DNA from: the human T2T-CHM13v2.0 reference genome, Homo sapiens
NCBI RefSeq assembly: GCF_009914755.1
Contig: NC_060930.1
Strand: one strand, 5' to 3'
DNA length: 64,000 nucleotides
Under the pieces are notes generated by a model. That model ran no database searches. It had not been told where the DNA came from and was given only the letters and a program-made list of their open reading frames with translations. Positions 1 through 13,990 of this stretch are shown one piece after another (the first letter of the stretch is position 1; every line of letters starts with the position of its first letter). The position numbers and the translations under genes were made by a program.

Positions 1-129
1 CTGGGAGGTGGAAGTTGCTGTGAGGCAAGATCATGCCACTGCACTCCAGCCTGGGCGACAGAGCAAGACCCTGCCTCAAAACAAAACAAAATAAAACAAA
101 AACACCACAAAAACCAACCAAACAAAAAA
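1..129 (+). mobile_element. Alu 3' end (right arm plus A-rich tail), cut by the window edge
   Basis: gccactgcactccagcctgggcgacagagcaagaccctgcctc followed by a (CAAAA)n tail. Confidence 0.95.
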
Positions 130-1676
130 TTGTTGCTGTGGGAATATTTGATGGGTTTAATACTTGTTAATATCCAGTAGAGATAATTAAGGCTGATCCT
201 TGATTCCCTTTCCCTAGCATTTTATTGTGGTTCATTTAGGTGTTCTCAATGTTGAGTGAACTTTTCAAAAATACTCTTCCTTCTCTATAACCCAAAGAGT
301 ATATTCTTCAAAGCTACCTTCTACATGACTCCCTCACCCAAAAATTCATCTTTGTTTCTAGCAGCCTACGCTACTCATTTCTTTGAGCCCACCTTTGAAT
401 TTAGGACTTGTAAAATTATAAACATTTATAAATGTTTGATCTCTATGTCCATGGAACAGCTTTAAAAATCTTCTTTAATCTCTGAGATGAGGCAGTCAAG
501 AATAAGGCATCTTCGATTACAGAATCTCTTTGAAGTTTTCTTTCTATTTCAGGTTTTCCCTCTAGCACTCCTACGTTCGGTAGCTCTAAGGTGGATTTTT
601 TTAATTAATCTTTTTCCTTTTTGCTTAGGTATCCTTGGCAGTCTTTCAAAAGTTAAGAGGCAACATTAGTAAAATTATACTTTCAAACTTTATCATTTTC
701 GAACTCTGTTTCTCTAGTAAGTTAATGAGCTAGAGACCTCCTTTTAAAATAATCTCATCTATTTTACATTTTAATGCTGTTTCTGTTGTAGATATTACAG
801 TCCTAAAAATGTGTTATTTTCTTAGAGTAGACTGGAAAGCTCAAATTAATCAATATGTCTCCAGCCTAGCTACCATCCATTTCTGTTTTATAGGATTATA
901 TACTTGTTTATTTTATAAAATGGAAAGTTTGAAATCTTATAATATTTTCATTTATGGTTTTATGTGAATCAAACAGTCTTGGTTCAGGTGATTTAAAAAT
1001 ATCACTACAAAAAGGAGATATCTTGCTTATTTTTCATTCATGTAGTCCTGTGTGAAATTATTGGTGGTCTTTCTGTCTCTGTGAACATCTACAGCCACAC
1101 AGAGAAATTTTATTTGCCTGTTGTTATCAGATTCACATATTATGAATGTTGAGGCTAGATATCATTGATATCATTGATTAGAACCATTAAAATACTAAAG
1201 ATACTAGTAAAGAAAAAGATACTAATGACAAAAAAATACTAATCTTGCATATTAATCTTGTTTTTACTTCAGTGTTAGTAAAAACACTAGTAAAAAGCAG
1301 TTAGTTACTTCCTTTTTATTTTGTATTTGACATTACACACACATGTTCTGCACGTTCTGAGAAGAAAGTGTCAGATTGCTTCCTGTTTGAGTTTAGATGC
1401 AATCGCTAGTCTTGCTGAAAGCCAATGAAATTGAAAGGCTTAGCTTTGTAAGTAGAATTTCTGTTTCTTTAACTCTGTAGTTGATAATATTGTTTCTCAA
1501 GTTTCCTTTGGCAGGTATTCTCAGGGAACGTTCCAGGATCTTGTAATACTTCTTGTTTGATTAGAAAATGATTCATTACGTGCCTTTCAGCTCTTTAGGA
1601 AAGTGGACGGCCTTCACATCAGTGGGATTGAATTCAGAAAAAGAACATACTACTAAAAGTACTTTTGTAATTATTT

Positions 1677-1758
1677 TATTAGTTTTTCTCATATTATTAG
1701 TTTTTCTCATATTTCAGTGAAATTTCTTATATTATTAGTTTTTCTCATATTCAGTGAA
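1677..1758. repeat. Short local tandem repeat of tattagtttttctcatat(t) (3 copies)
   Basis: The unit tattagtttttctcatat recurs at about 1677, 1695 and 1733; two copies are followed by tcagtgaa. Confidence 0.75.
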
Positions 1759-1854
1759 GTGCTAAAAATGATGTCCAAATTTATGTTTAAAGTTTCACAG
1801 AGTTATACACTGACTTTAAAATTGCATTGCTTTATTTTAAGGATTAGAGAAATG

Positions 1855-2090
1855 GTAGTGCACGGGTTAAGAATTTGGGTGATGGCACCAGGCTGTGTAA
1901 GTCCAAGAGCCACTTTGCTTGCCATGTGACTTTGAGAAAGCTGTTCCATCTCTTTGTCCCCAGTTTTCTCATTTATAAAATGAGGATAATAGTGCTTATT
2001 CCATATGACAGTTATAAGTAGTAAATGAATTTAAATGAAAATATTTAAGGTACTTAAAAGTGCTCATATAAGTAGTAGGCTGCTTATTGT
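1855..2090 (+). mobile_element. MIR SINE
   Basis: Core tgtgactttgagaaag...cagttttctcatttataaaatgaggataatagt. Confidence 0.75.
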
Positions 2091-2164
2091 ATTGTACTAA
2101 TATTAATGAAGTATTAACAGTTGTTAATACTGTGTTTTAATTCTTGCTCTTTCATTTGATAGTC

Positions 2165-2307
2165 ATATGACTGTCCCCAGGTTACTTTACTTTCAGTCTC
2201 ATTTTTCATCTTTAAAAACAAGATTATATTATGTTGTATCTAATAAGGCCATCATGATGATTCTAGACTAGATATGCAAATTACCTACTATGCACAGAGT
2301 AAGGGCA
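2165..2307 (+). mobile_element. MIR fragment whose 3' end is the target of the nested Alu/L1 insertion
   Basis: gttactttactttcagtctcatttttcatcttta...acagagtaagggcacc; the sequence resumes after 9707. Confidence 0.55.
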
Positions 2308-3444
2308 CCATAATTTTATTTTTTTGTTTTTATTTTTTATTTATTTTATTATACTTTAAGTTCTGGGATACATGTGCAGAATGTGCAGGTTTGTTCAAAA
2401 CATAGGTATACACGTGCCACGGTGGTTTGCTGCACCCATCAACCCATCATCTACATTAGGTATTTCTCCTAATGCTATCCCTCTCCTAGCCCCCCACTCC
2501 CCAACAGCCCCCGGTGTGTGATGTTCCCCTCCCTGTGTCCATGTGTTCTCATTGTTCAACTCCCACTTATGAGTGAGAACATGCAGTGTTTGGTTTTCTG
2601 TTCGTGTGTTAGTTTGCTGAGAATGATGGTTTCCAGCTTCATCCATGTCCCTGCAAAGGACATGAACTCATCCTTTTTATGGCTGTATAGTATTCCATGG
2701 TGTATATGTGCCACATTTTCTTTATCCAATCTATCATTGATGGGCATTTGGGTTGGTTCCTAGTTTTTGCTATTGTGAAAAGTGCTGCAATAAACATACA
2801 TGTGCATCTGTCTTTATTGTAGAATGATTTATAATCCTTTGGGTGTATACCGAGTAATGGGGTTGCTGGGTCAAATGGTATTTCTGGTTCTAGATCCTTG
2901 AGGAATTGCCACACTGTCCTCCACAATGGTTGAACTAATTTACACTCCCATCAACAGTGTAAAAGCGTTCCTATTTCTCGACATCCTCTCTGGCATCTGT
3001 TGTTTCCTGACTTTTTAATGATCGCCATTCTAACTGGCATGAGATGGTATCTCATTGTGGTTTTGATTTGCATTTCTCCAATGACCAGTGATGATGAGCT
3101 TTTTTTCATATGTTTGTTGACCACATAAATGTCTTCTTTTGAGAAGTGTCCGTTCATATTCTTCGCCCACTTTTTGATGGGGTTATTTTTTTCTTGTATA
3201 TTTGTTTAAGTTCTTTGTAGATTCTGGATATTAGCCCTTTGTTAAATGGATAGATTGCAAAAATTTTCTCCCATTCTGTAGGTTGCCTGTTCACTCTGAT
3301 GATAGTTTCTTTTGCTGTGCAGAAGCTCTTTAGTTTAATTAGATCCCATTTGTCTATTTTGGCTTTTGTTGTCATTGCTTTTGGTGTTTTAGTCATGAAG
3401 TCTTTGCCCATTCCTGTGTCCTGAATGGTATTGCCTAGGTTTTA

Positions 3445-3540
<96 letters not shown>

Positions 3541-4373
3541 TTAGGGGTCCAGTTTCAGTTTTTTGCATATGGCTAACTAGTTTTCCCAACACCATTTATT
3601 AAATAGGGAATCCTTTCCCCATTTCTTGTTTTTGTGAGCTTTGTCAAAGATCAGATGGTTGTAGATGTGTGGCATTATTTCTGAGGCCTCTATTCTGTTC
3701 CGTTGGTCTATATATCTGTTTTGGTACCAGTACCATGCTGTTTTGGTTACCGTAGCCTTGTAGTATTGTTTGAAGTCAGGTAGCCTGATGCCTCCAGCTT
3801 TGTTCTTCTGCTTAGGATTGTCTTGGCTATACGGGCTCTTTTTTGGTTCCAGATGAAATTTAAAGTAGTTTTTTCTAATTGTGTGAAGAAAGTCAATGGT
3901 AGCTTGATGGAGATAGCATTGAATCTATAAATTACTTTGGATAGTATGGCCATTTTCATGATATTGATTCTTCCTATCCATGAGCATGGAATGTTTTTGC
4001 ATTTGTTTGTGTCCTCTCTTATTTCCTTGAGCAGCGGTTTGTAGTTCTCCTTGAAGAGGTCCTTTACATCCCTTGTAAGTTGGATTCCTAGGTATTTTAT
4101 TCTCCTTGTAGCAATTGTGAATGGGAGTTCACTCCTGATTTGGCTTTCTGTTTGTCTGTTATTGGTGTATAGGAATGCTTATGATTTTTGCACATTGATT
4201 TTGTATCCTGAGACTTTGCTGAAGTTGCTTATCAGCTTAAGAAGTTTTTGGGTTTTCTGAATATACAATCATGTCATCTGCAAACAGAGGTAATTTGACT
4301 TCCTCTCTTCCTATTCGAATACCCTTTATTTCTTTCTCTTGGCTGATTGCCCTGGCCAGAACTTCTAATACTA

Positions 4374-4747
<374 letters not shown>

Positions 4748-7700
4748 TCAGCTTTTGCCCATTCAGTTTGGTATTGGCTATGGATTTGTCATAAGTAGCT
4801 CTTATTATTTTGAGATAGGTTCCATCAATACCTAGTTTATTGAGAGTTTTTAGCATGAAGGGGTGTTGAATTTTATCGAAGGCCTTTTCTGCATCTATTG
4901 AGATAATCATGTGTTTTTTGTCATTGGTTCTGTTTATGTGATGGATTACATCTATTGATTTGCGTATGTTGAACCAGCCTTGCATCCCAGGGATGAAGCC
5001 GACTTGATCGTGGTGGATAAGCTTTTTGATGTGCTGCTGGTTTTGGTTTGCCAGTATTTTATTGAGGATTTTTGCATCAATGTTCATCAGGGATATTGGT
5101 CTGAAATTTTCTTTTTTTGTTGTGTCTCTGCCAGGTTTTGGTATCAGGATGATGCTGGCCTCATAAAATGAGTTAGGGAGGAGTCCTTCTTTTTCTGTTG
5201 TTTGGAATAGTTTCAGAAGGAATGGTACCAGCTCCTCTTTGTACCTCCAGTAGAATTCGGCTGTGAATCCATGTGGTCCTGGGCTTTGTTTTGGTTGGTA
5301 GGCTATTAATTACTGCCTCAATTTCAGAACTTGTTATTGCTGTGCTCAGGGATTTGACTTCTTTCTGGTTTAGTCTTGGGAGGGTGTATGTGTCCAGGAA
5401 TATATCCATTTCTTCTACAGTTTCTAGTTTATTTGCTTAGAGATATTTATAGTATTCTCTGATGATAGTTTGTATTTCTGGGGGATCAGTGGTGATCTCC
5501 CCTTTATCATTTTTTATTGCGTCTATTCGATTCTTCTCTCTTTTCTTCTTTATTAGTTTGGCTGGTGATCTATTTCATTAATCTTTAAAAAAAAAAAAAA
5601 AACCCAGCTCCTGGATTCATTGATTTTTTGAAAGGTTATTTGTCTCTCTATCTCCTTCACTTCTGCTCTGATCTTAGTTATTTCTTGTCTTCTGCTAGCT
5701 TTTGAATTTGTTTGCTCTTGCTTCTCTAGTTCTTTTAATTGTGATGTTAGGGTGTCAATTTTAGATCTTTCCCACTTTCTGCTGTGGGCATTTAGTGCTA
5801 TAAATTTCCCTCCAAACACTGCTTTATCTGTGTCTTAGAGATTCTGGTACGTTGTGTCTTTGTTCTCATTGGTTTCAAAGAACTTATTCATTTCTGCCTT
5901 AATTTTGTTATTTACCCAGAGTCATTCAGGAGCAGGTTGTTCAGTTTCCACGTAGTTGTGTGGTTTTGAGTGAGTTTCTTAATCCTGAGTTCTAATTTGA
6001 TTGCACTGTGGTCTGAGAGACTGTTTGTTATGATTTCTGTTCTTTTGCATTTGCTGAGGAGTGTTTTACTTCCAATTATGTGGTCAGTTTTAGAGTAAGT
6101 GTGATGTGGTGCTGAGAAGAATGTATATTCTGTTGATTTGGGGTGGAGAGTTCTGTAGATGTCTATTAGGTCTGCTTGTTCCAGAGCTGAGTTCAAGTCC
6201 TGAATATCCTTGTTAATTTTCTGTCTTGTTGATCTGTCTAATGTTGACAGTGGGGTGTTAAAGTCTCCCACTATTATTGTGTGAGAGTCTAAATCTCTTT
6301 ATAGGTCTCTAAGAACTTGTTCTGTGAATCTGGGCGCTCCTGTATTGGGTGTGTATACATCTAGGTTAGTTAGCTCTTCTTGTTGCGTTGATCCCTTTAC
6401 CATTATGTAATGCCCTTTTCTCTGTGTCTTTTGATCTTTGTTGGTTTAAAGTCTGGTTCATCAGAGACTAGGATTGCAACCTCTGCTTTTTTTTTGCTTC
6501 CTATTTGCTTGGTAAATATTCCTCCATCCCTTTATTTTGAGCCTATGTGTGTCTTTGCATGTGAGATGGGTCTCCTGAATACAGCATGCCGACGGGTCTT
6601 GACTCTTTATCCAATTTGCCAGTCCGTGTCTTTTAGTTGGGGCATTTAGCCCATTTACATTTATGGTTAGCGTTGTTATATGTGAATTTGATCCTGTCAT
6701 TATGATGCTAGCTGGTTATTTTGCCCATTAGTTGATGCAATTTCTTCATAGCATTGATGGTCTTTACAATTTGGTATGTTTTTGCAGTGGCTGGTACTGG
6801 TTTTTCCATTCCATATTTAGTGCTTCATTCAGGAACTCTAGTAAGGCAGGCCTGGAATCTCTCAGCATTTGCTTGTTTGTAAAGGATTTTATTTCTCCTT
6901 CACTTATGAAGCTTAGTTTGGCTGGATATGAAATTCTGGGTTGAAAATTCTTTTCTTTAAGAATGTTGAATATTGGCCGCCACTCTCTGCTGACTTGTAT
7001 GGTTTCTGCAAAGAAATCCACTGTTAGTCTGATGGGCTTCCCTTTGTGGGTAACCTGACCTTTCTCTCTGGCTGCCCTTAACGTTTTTTTCTTGATTTCA
7101 ACCTTTGTGAATCTGACGATTATGTGTCTTGGGGATGCTCTTCTCCAGGAGTATCTTTGTGGTGTTCTCTGTATTTCCTAAATTTGAATGTTGGCATGTC
7201 TTCTAGGTTGGGGAAGTTCTCCTGGATAGTATCCTGCAGAGTGTTTTCCAACTTGGTTCCATTCTCCCCATCACTTTCAGGTACACCAATCAAACGTAGG
7301 TTTGGTCTTTTCACATAGTCCCATAGTTCTTGGAGGCCTTGTTCATTCCTTTTCATTCTTTTTTCTCTAATAATGCGTTATTTCATTAAGTTGATCTTTA
7401 GTCTCTTTAGTCTCTGATATCCTTTCTTCCGCTTGATCCGTTTGGCTATTGATACTTGTGAATGCTTCTTGAAATTCTCATGCTGTGTTTTTCAGCTCCA
7501 TCAGGTCATTTATGTTTTTCTCTAAACTGGTTATTCTAGTTAGCAATTCCTCTCACCTTTTTTCAGGGTTCTTTGCTTCCTTGCATTGGGTTAGAACATG
7601 CTCCTTTAGCTCATAGGAGTTTGTTATTACCCACCTTCTGAAGCCTACTTCTGTCAGTTCGTCACACTCATTCTCTGTCCAGTTTTGTTCCCTTGCTGGC

Positions 7701-8473
7701 GAGGAGTTGTGATCCTTTGGAGAAGAGGCATTCTGGTTTTTGGAATTTTCAGCCTTTTTGCGCTGGTTTTTCCTCATCTTCGTGGATTCATCTACCTTTG
7801 GTCTTTGATGTTGTTCACCTTCGGATGGGGTCTCTGAGTGGACGTCCTTTTTGTTGATGTTGATGCTATTCCTTTCTGTTTGTTAATTTTCCTTCTAACA
7901 GTCAGGACCCTCTGCTGCAGGGCTGGTGGAGTTTGCTGGAGGTCCACTCCAGACCCTGTTTACCTGGGTATGACCAGCAGAGGCTGCCGAACAGCAAAGA
8001 TTGCTGCCTGTTACTTCCTCTGGAAACTTCGTCTGCCAGATGCCAGCCGGAGCTCTCCTGTATGAGGTGTCTGTCAACCCCTTCTGGGAGGTGTCTCCAA
8101 GCCAGGAGGCACGAGGATCAGGGACCCACTTGAGGAGGCAGTCCTGTCCCTTAGCAGAATTTGAGCACTGTTCTGGGAGATCTGCTGCCCTCTTCAGAGC
8201 CGGCAGGCAGGAATGTTTAAGTCTGCTGAAGCTGTGCCCACAGCTGCCCCTTCCCCCAGGTGCTCTGTCCCAGGGAGATGGGAGTTTTATCTATAAGCCT
8301 CTGACTGGGGCTGTTGACTTTCTTTCAGAGATGCCCTCCCCAGCGAGGAGGAATCTAGAGAGGCAGTCTGGCTACAGCGGCTTTGCCGAGCTGTGGTGGG
8401 CTCTGCCCAGTTCAAACTTCCTGGCAGTTTTGTTTACACTGTGAGGGGAAAACCGCCTACTCAAGCCTCAGTA

Positions 8474-8809
8474 ATGGTGGACATCCCTCCCCACACCAAG
8501 CTTGAGTGTCCCAGGTCAACTTCAGACTGCTGTGCTGGCAATGCGAATTTCAAGCCAGTAGATCTTAGCTTGCTGGGCTCTGTGGGAGTGGGATCTGCTG
8601 AGCTAGACTACTTGGCTCCCTGGCTTCAGCCCCCTTTCCAGGAGAGTGAATGGTTCTTTCTCGCTTGCATTCTAGGCGCCACTAGGGTATGTAGAAAAAC
8701 TCCTGCAGCTAGCTCAGTGTCTGAATGGCTGCCCAGTTTTGTGGTTGAAACCCAGGGCCCTGGTGGTGTAGGCACCCGAGGGATTGTGAAGACCATGGGA
8801 AAAGTGTAG
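8474..8809 (+). CDS. L1 ORF0-like open frame (111 aa) in the antisense strand of the L1 5'UTR; expression unproven
   Basis: gtaATGG Kozak context. MVDIPPHTKLECPRSTSDCCAGNANFKPVDLSLLGSVGVGSAE aligns by eye with the recalled L1HS ORF0 start MAGAPPPASLPPCSLISDCCASNQRDSVGVGPSE (shared SDCCA and SVGVG). It is part of the supplied ORF 8393..8809. Confidence 0.45.
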   Translation: MVDIPPHTKLECPRSTSDCCAGNANFKPVDLSLLGSVGVGSAELDYLAPWLQPPFQESEWFFLACILGATRVCRKTPAASSVSEWLPSFVVETQGPGGVGTRGIVKTMGKV

Positions 8810-8907
8810 TATCTGGGCTGAAGTGCACTGTTCCTCTAGGCACAGTCCCTCACGGCTTCCCTTGGCTAGGGGAGGGAGTTCCTCGATGCCTTGTGCTTCC
8901 CAGGTGA

Positions 8908-9791
<884 letters not shown>

Positions 9792-11009
9792 TAATATTTA
9801 ACTGTATCCTGCTAAATTGATATCTAGAGAGTTTCTAAAAGGAGGAACTCTTGGGATTCAGGGCTTTAGACACGATTGAAATAAATGTCTTTCTTAATTG
9901 CAGACCGTGAGAGAAACGTGGTGGTGATCATTAAGTTTCCACTACTGAGTGTTAAAAAAGGATGTGAGTGCTGAGCCAACATTTTCTCTCTCTTTTATCT
10001 CCTGTTATTCCCTCCTCTCTGTCCATTAATATCTGTTGTGAGGTGGTTATGGCAGCTGGAGTTATAGTGCGGACATGATAGTGCTGTAATAGGAACTGCA
10101 GTCCTTTCATTTTATAGTGATGGCATGGGAGCCACGGAAAGCTGTAAAGCATTGGAGGGTTACAAGAGTTCCAGAAGTACTGTAAGAAACCTGAAGTTGC
10201 ATTTCCTTACATTCTTATATTTGTGATGGTTATAGTTAGAAAAATCACTGGAATACTTTGGAGTCTAGGGAAAGCTTTGGTGTGGGCTAGTTTTGTATGA
10301 ATATTTACTTTTGTTAATATTACATACCAATTTTTGTTTCTAAATGGAAACCTTAGCTTACTGAGCTTCACATTGATTTTGAGGACTGTGTAGTGGTGAT
10401 TGAAAAATAGGTTACAGCCATTTTGGAAGAGAGAATACACTGGACTTTTACATGAAGTATGGCATACGATACATATCTGACACATCTTGCTAAAAAGCAA
10501 GTCCTTAATGACATGACCTCCCATCTTGAGCATAGACACATGTTTTAAATTCATAAATGATGGCCTATTGAGAGATATCTATTGTGTTCATTAAAATATA
10601 CATATGAAACGAGGATCAAATTAAACATTTCAAGTAGCTAATTTTATCAGCTCTTAATAATTAATTAGTTTTTAGCATTTAGAATGAAGGTAATTAAAAT
10701 AGATTTACTACATGCTATAAGATTTCTGCCTCTGGAAGATGAAAGGGGACATTTATTTTTCATATGCTTAAACATTGGCGTTTTTGCTTTTGTTCTATGG
10801 GGATTTTGTATGTAACAAAAAAACTTACTGAGTTATTTTATTATGAAATTTTAATTATAAAATATCTTTAATGCTTTTTAGTCGGCCTAAATTTAATTGT
10901 AGTTTGTTGGAATGTTACAATTTTATTTTAAATTTCTAAAGTTAATATAAAAGTCTTTTCTGCTACTGTGGTGTATTGTTATATCATTTTATTTATATTT
11001 TTATAATTT

Positions 11010-11225
11010 GATTTTTAAAGTGGGTCATATCTTTACATAGTTCAAAATACCCAAAATATAAAGGCAAAAGTTTTTTTCCTGTCTGGATTCCTTATTTGCT
11101 TGGTTCTCCTATAATCTCCAGGTAAAAACATTAGTTTCTTGCATATCCTTCCAGAGTTTATACAAATGCAAGTAGATATACGTACATATTATAAGTTTTT
11201 TCTTTTATCACATTTTAAAAAGTAT
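11010..11225 (-). mobile_element. Ancient L1M (L1ME-type) 3' fragment
   Basis: ttagtttcttgcatatccttccagag and acatagttcaaaat motifs typical of old L1 3'UTRs. Confidence 0.5.
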
Positions 11226-11348
11226 AAATCCAGAGATATTAAGTAATAGATAATAAGTGTTAGATGTCAGATAATAACTTGTAAAGAATAAAGTTGCATT
11301 ATTGTTATACTTGGAAATAAAATAATTTAATTACATGTCTCTCTCCAG

Positions 11349-12600
11349 TTATTTCAGGTTGAGTGTACGTTTGCTTCGTCTTCAAAGTAGAAAGTTCCTG
11401 GAGAAGACCTACTCTTTCTGGAACTGTTTTTGTTTGACCCATGCTATGCAAACTTACTCATTCATGCAAACACTGGGTGCTTTATGCAAATATTACCACC
11501 TGTATTTTTTATTTGTGTTTCTCAAAGGAGTTTTGGCAAAATTTGCATAATGACTTGGCTCATTTAGCTTTGTGTATTGTTAAGAGTTCAAATTCTGTGG
11601 ATATGAAAGTTTACAGTGTATACCAAATAAAAAGGTCGTGTGGTAGGCAGTGTTCTCAGGATAAGCCTGTGTTAGGTATTCAAATCTAATTTGCATATTG
11701 GATCTAGACCTATGACTATTAACTCCATTTACAGTTGATAAAAATTTGCATAAAATTGGTCATCTTGATAGCTTAAGGTATACTGAGCAAAATGTTAACT
11801 CCTTGGGTAGCATGTGTGACTGTATGATTGTCAAGATGAAAGTTAATCTAAGCACATTTGGTTTACTGATAATCATTTCTAGAAATGAGCTGTAGTATCA
11901 TGTCAGAATGTCAGAAACATGTCTGACAATTTACCTTTTCATACTAGAAATGGTGGATGACATGTTTCAAATCCTGGCAGCTGTGCTGTATCAAATCCTC
12001 CCTATGTGAATATCATGCTTGGTACTTAGATAGTTTAGGAGCAGTACTGTGGCTTGTGATTTGTTGTATAATTCTGAAAGAAAATATATTAATTTTGTGC
12101 ACTTTATATTGGCTCTTGCTTTATTGTAGCCTTTATCCATTAATCTGCTACTGATGGATAATTTCTCAATCATTTGGTCCTTTTTGTAATGGCTATGTGG
12201 AGTTGGCAATTCTTTTTATTAAATATTGCATGACTGTATATGTGTTAATAATTTATTGGGGTAGTGAGCTGATATAAATCTCTTTTTAGATGAAGTTTTT
12301 GGCTATTTACAAAGGTTGATTACTTTTTAGAACAGTGATTGCCTCAGATTTGCAAAGGTTGAGGAAAAGCACACCTCTTATTTTACCTTTTTCCATTTGT
12401 GGTTAAACCTATTGTAAATATATTGGAAGGGTTTTAGGCCCTTGAAGACGCCTCTGTATTTGAACAGTTTGATTCTGTCAATTTCATTTAAATCATTATT
12501 TTTTGTAAGACCTCAGGATAAATACCACTTTTGAGGTAGTGACTGAACAAACATGAGTTCTTGAATAGTTTCTATTAAAATGTTTTTTTTAATCCTATGA
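11349..12600 (+). ncRNA. Candidate alternative terminal exon, probably of the non-coding splice variant CDKAL1-v1
   Basis: Branch-point-like TTTAAT (11326-11331), tract tgtctctctcCAG| (11347-11348) and a second acceptor tttCAG| (11356-11357). In-frame TGA at 11360-11362, miR-494-3p 8mer ATGTTTCA at 11962-11969, poly(A)-signal candidates AATAAA 11626 and ATTAAA 12218 and 12574. The 3' end is uncertain. Confidence 0.55.
11446..11751. promoter_or_regulatory. Homotypic POU/octamer motif cluster (candidate enhancer)
   Basis: ATGCAAAT at 11484-11491; ATTTGCAT at 11541-11548, 11689-11696 and 11744-11751 (all four extend to TATGCAAAT); ATGCAAAC at 11446 and 11464. Confidence 0.55.
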
Positions 12601-12728
12601 GTGGTCTCTGTGCCTTTTAAAATAAGATTTTAAATAAGATGATAATTAATACTCAAGATATGATACTTTTATTTATAGTGATTTGGTTGCCTTGATCATA
12701 TTTAATGATGATTTAAAAAACCTGGATG

Positions 12729-12780
12729 GAGAGAGAGATATATATGTATACATATATATATATATATACACACACACACA
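12729..12780. repeat. Compound microsatellite (GA)n(TA)n(CA)n
   Basis: gagagagagatatatatgtatacatatatatatatatatacacacacacaca. Confidence 0.95.
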
Positions 12781-13990
12781 TGAATGATAAATTATTCTGT
12801 AATATTATTTATACATTCATTGTTTCTAGCTAGCAAGCACCCTTAGTGTATTTAATGTATTAGATTTATATAATTCACTCTATGTACAATATTAGATTAG
12901 GATGAGAATTATATAAAATGAGGCATGCCACTATCAAGTCTGGCATGTTTTTGTTACCAAGTTCTGAGTGCTGAATGAGAAACAGTCATGTATTTACTCA
13001 GATTGATCCCGGATCCCCTGAGGGAATTGGCAGTTTCCTCTGGATGGCATTGCTAAATCTTCAGTTTTCTTTCTTCCTCGCTCTCTCTGTGGCCCATACT
13101 TAGGTCAGATTACTGAGAAAATCAGTGTTATTGACGAATGCCTTGTACATGATTATAAAAGTCTCAATACCTCTGAGAAAGATCAGAAACACATAATTAA
13201 ATGCAAATAGGGTAACTTATTTAATTTTGAGTTAATTATAGCTTCATCCAATGTCATTGATTACTGGGGCAGCACAACTTGGTGTCCATCTAGTACAGAT
13301 GATAGTGATTCTTATTTTTTCTTTTAGATATATTAATGCTTGACTTTGAGGATAACACATTTTTAATTCAGAACTAGTGTTTAAGTTTTTTGTTGTTAAG
13401 TTTTAACAAAAGTTTTTCTTGTGGGCATGGGAATGGTAAGTAGTGATTAAAGTTTTGAATTTAATGGATATAAGGAAGAAAAATAAACTGAGAATTGACT
13501 TACATTTTTTCTTGGAGAGGAGGGGATTCAGCATTCTCAGAGCCTCTCCTCTGTTAGCGTGCTGGTAGTTGATGAGGATGAAGTTGATGAGATGAGCAAG
13601 AATCTGGAAGGACCAAGCATAGGTATACTAATTACACAGAACTTTAAAAATCCGTGTATGATTATTTCATTGCATTGTAGAATTGCAGATAAGAAAATAA
13701 TTTGCAATATTTAACTCAAATTTGTTTTATAGCTAAAATAACCGAGGCCCGCAGAGATTGGGAGATGTGTGTGAAGCCATTGAATGAGTTACTGGCAGCC
13801 TAGAATCCAGATCATATTTATTCAACCTAATGCCTTCTTCTGCATTATTCTCTTTCCATGTTTATTTGTTATACATACAGTAGTTGTTATTGGCTTGCTA
13901 GATGGTTATGTATGATTGAGAAAGGAGGTAGGAAGACCTAATGAAAAGTTTATTTCACGATTCTGCTGAAGACTTGGTCTGCTGACAGTT

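Noticed and set aside
1500-1520. Recursive-site-like ttcctttggCAG|GTATTC (and ctcCAG|GTAAAA at about 11120)
   Set aside because: Regenerated donors are weak; the first has a nearby upstream AG and the second lies in an L1 relic.
11349-11357. Possible 9-nt microexon between the tandem acceptors (ccag|TTATTTCAG|gttgag)
   Set aside because: GTTGAG is a poor donor; the site is better explained as tandem 3' splice sites.
13558-13622. Purine-rich 65-nt pseudo-exon (ctctcctctgttag|...TAG|gtatac)
   Set aside because: Weak donor and an immediate in-frame stop; such pseudo-exons are common by chance in long introns.
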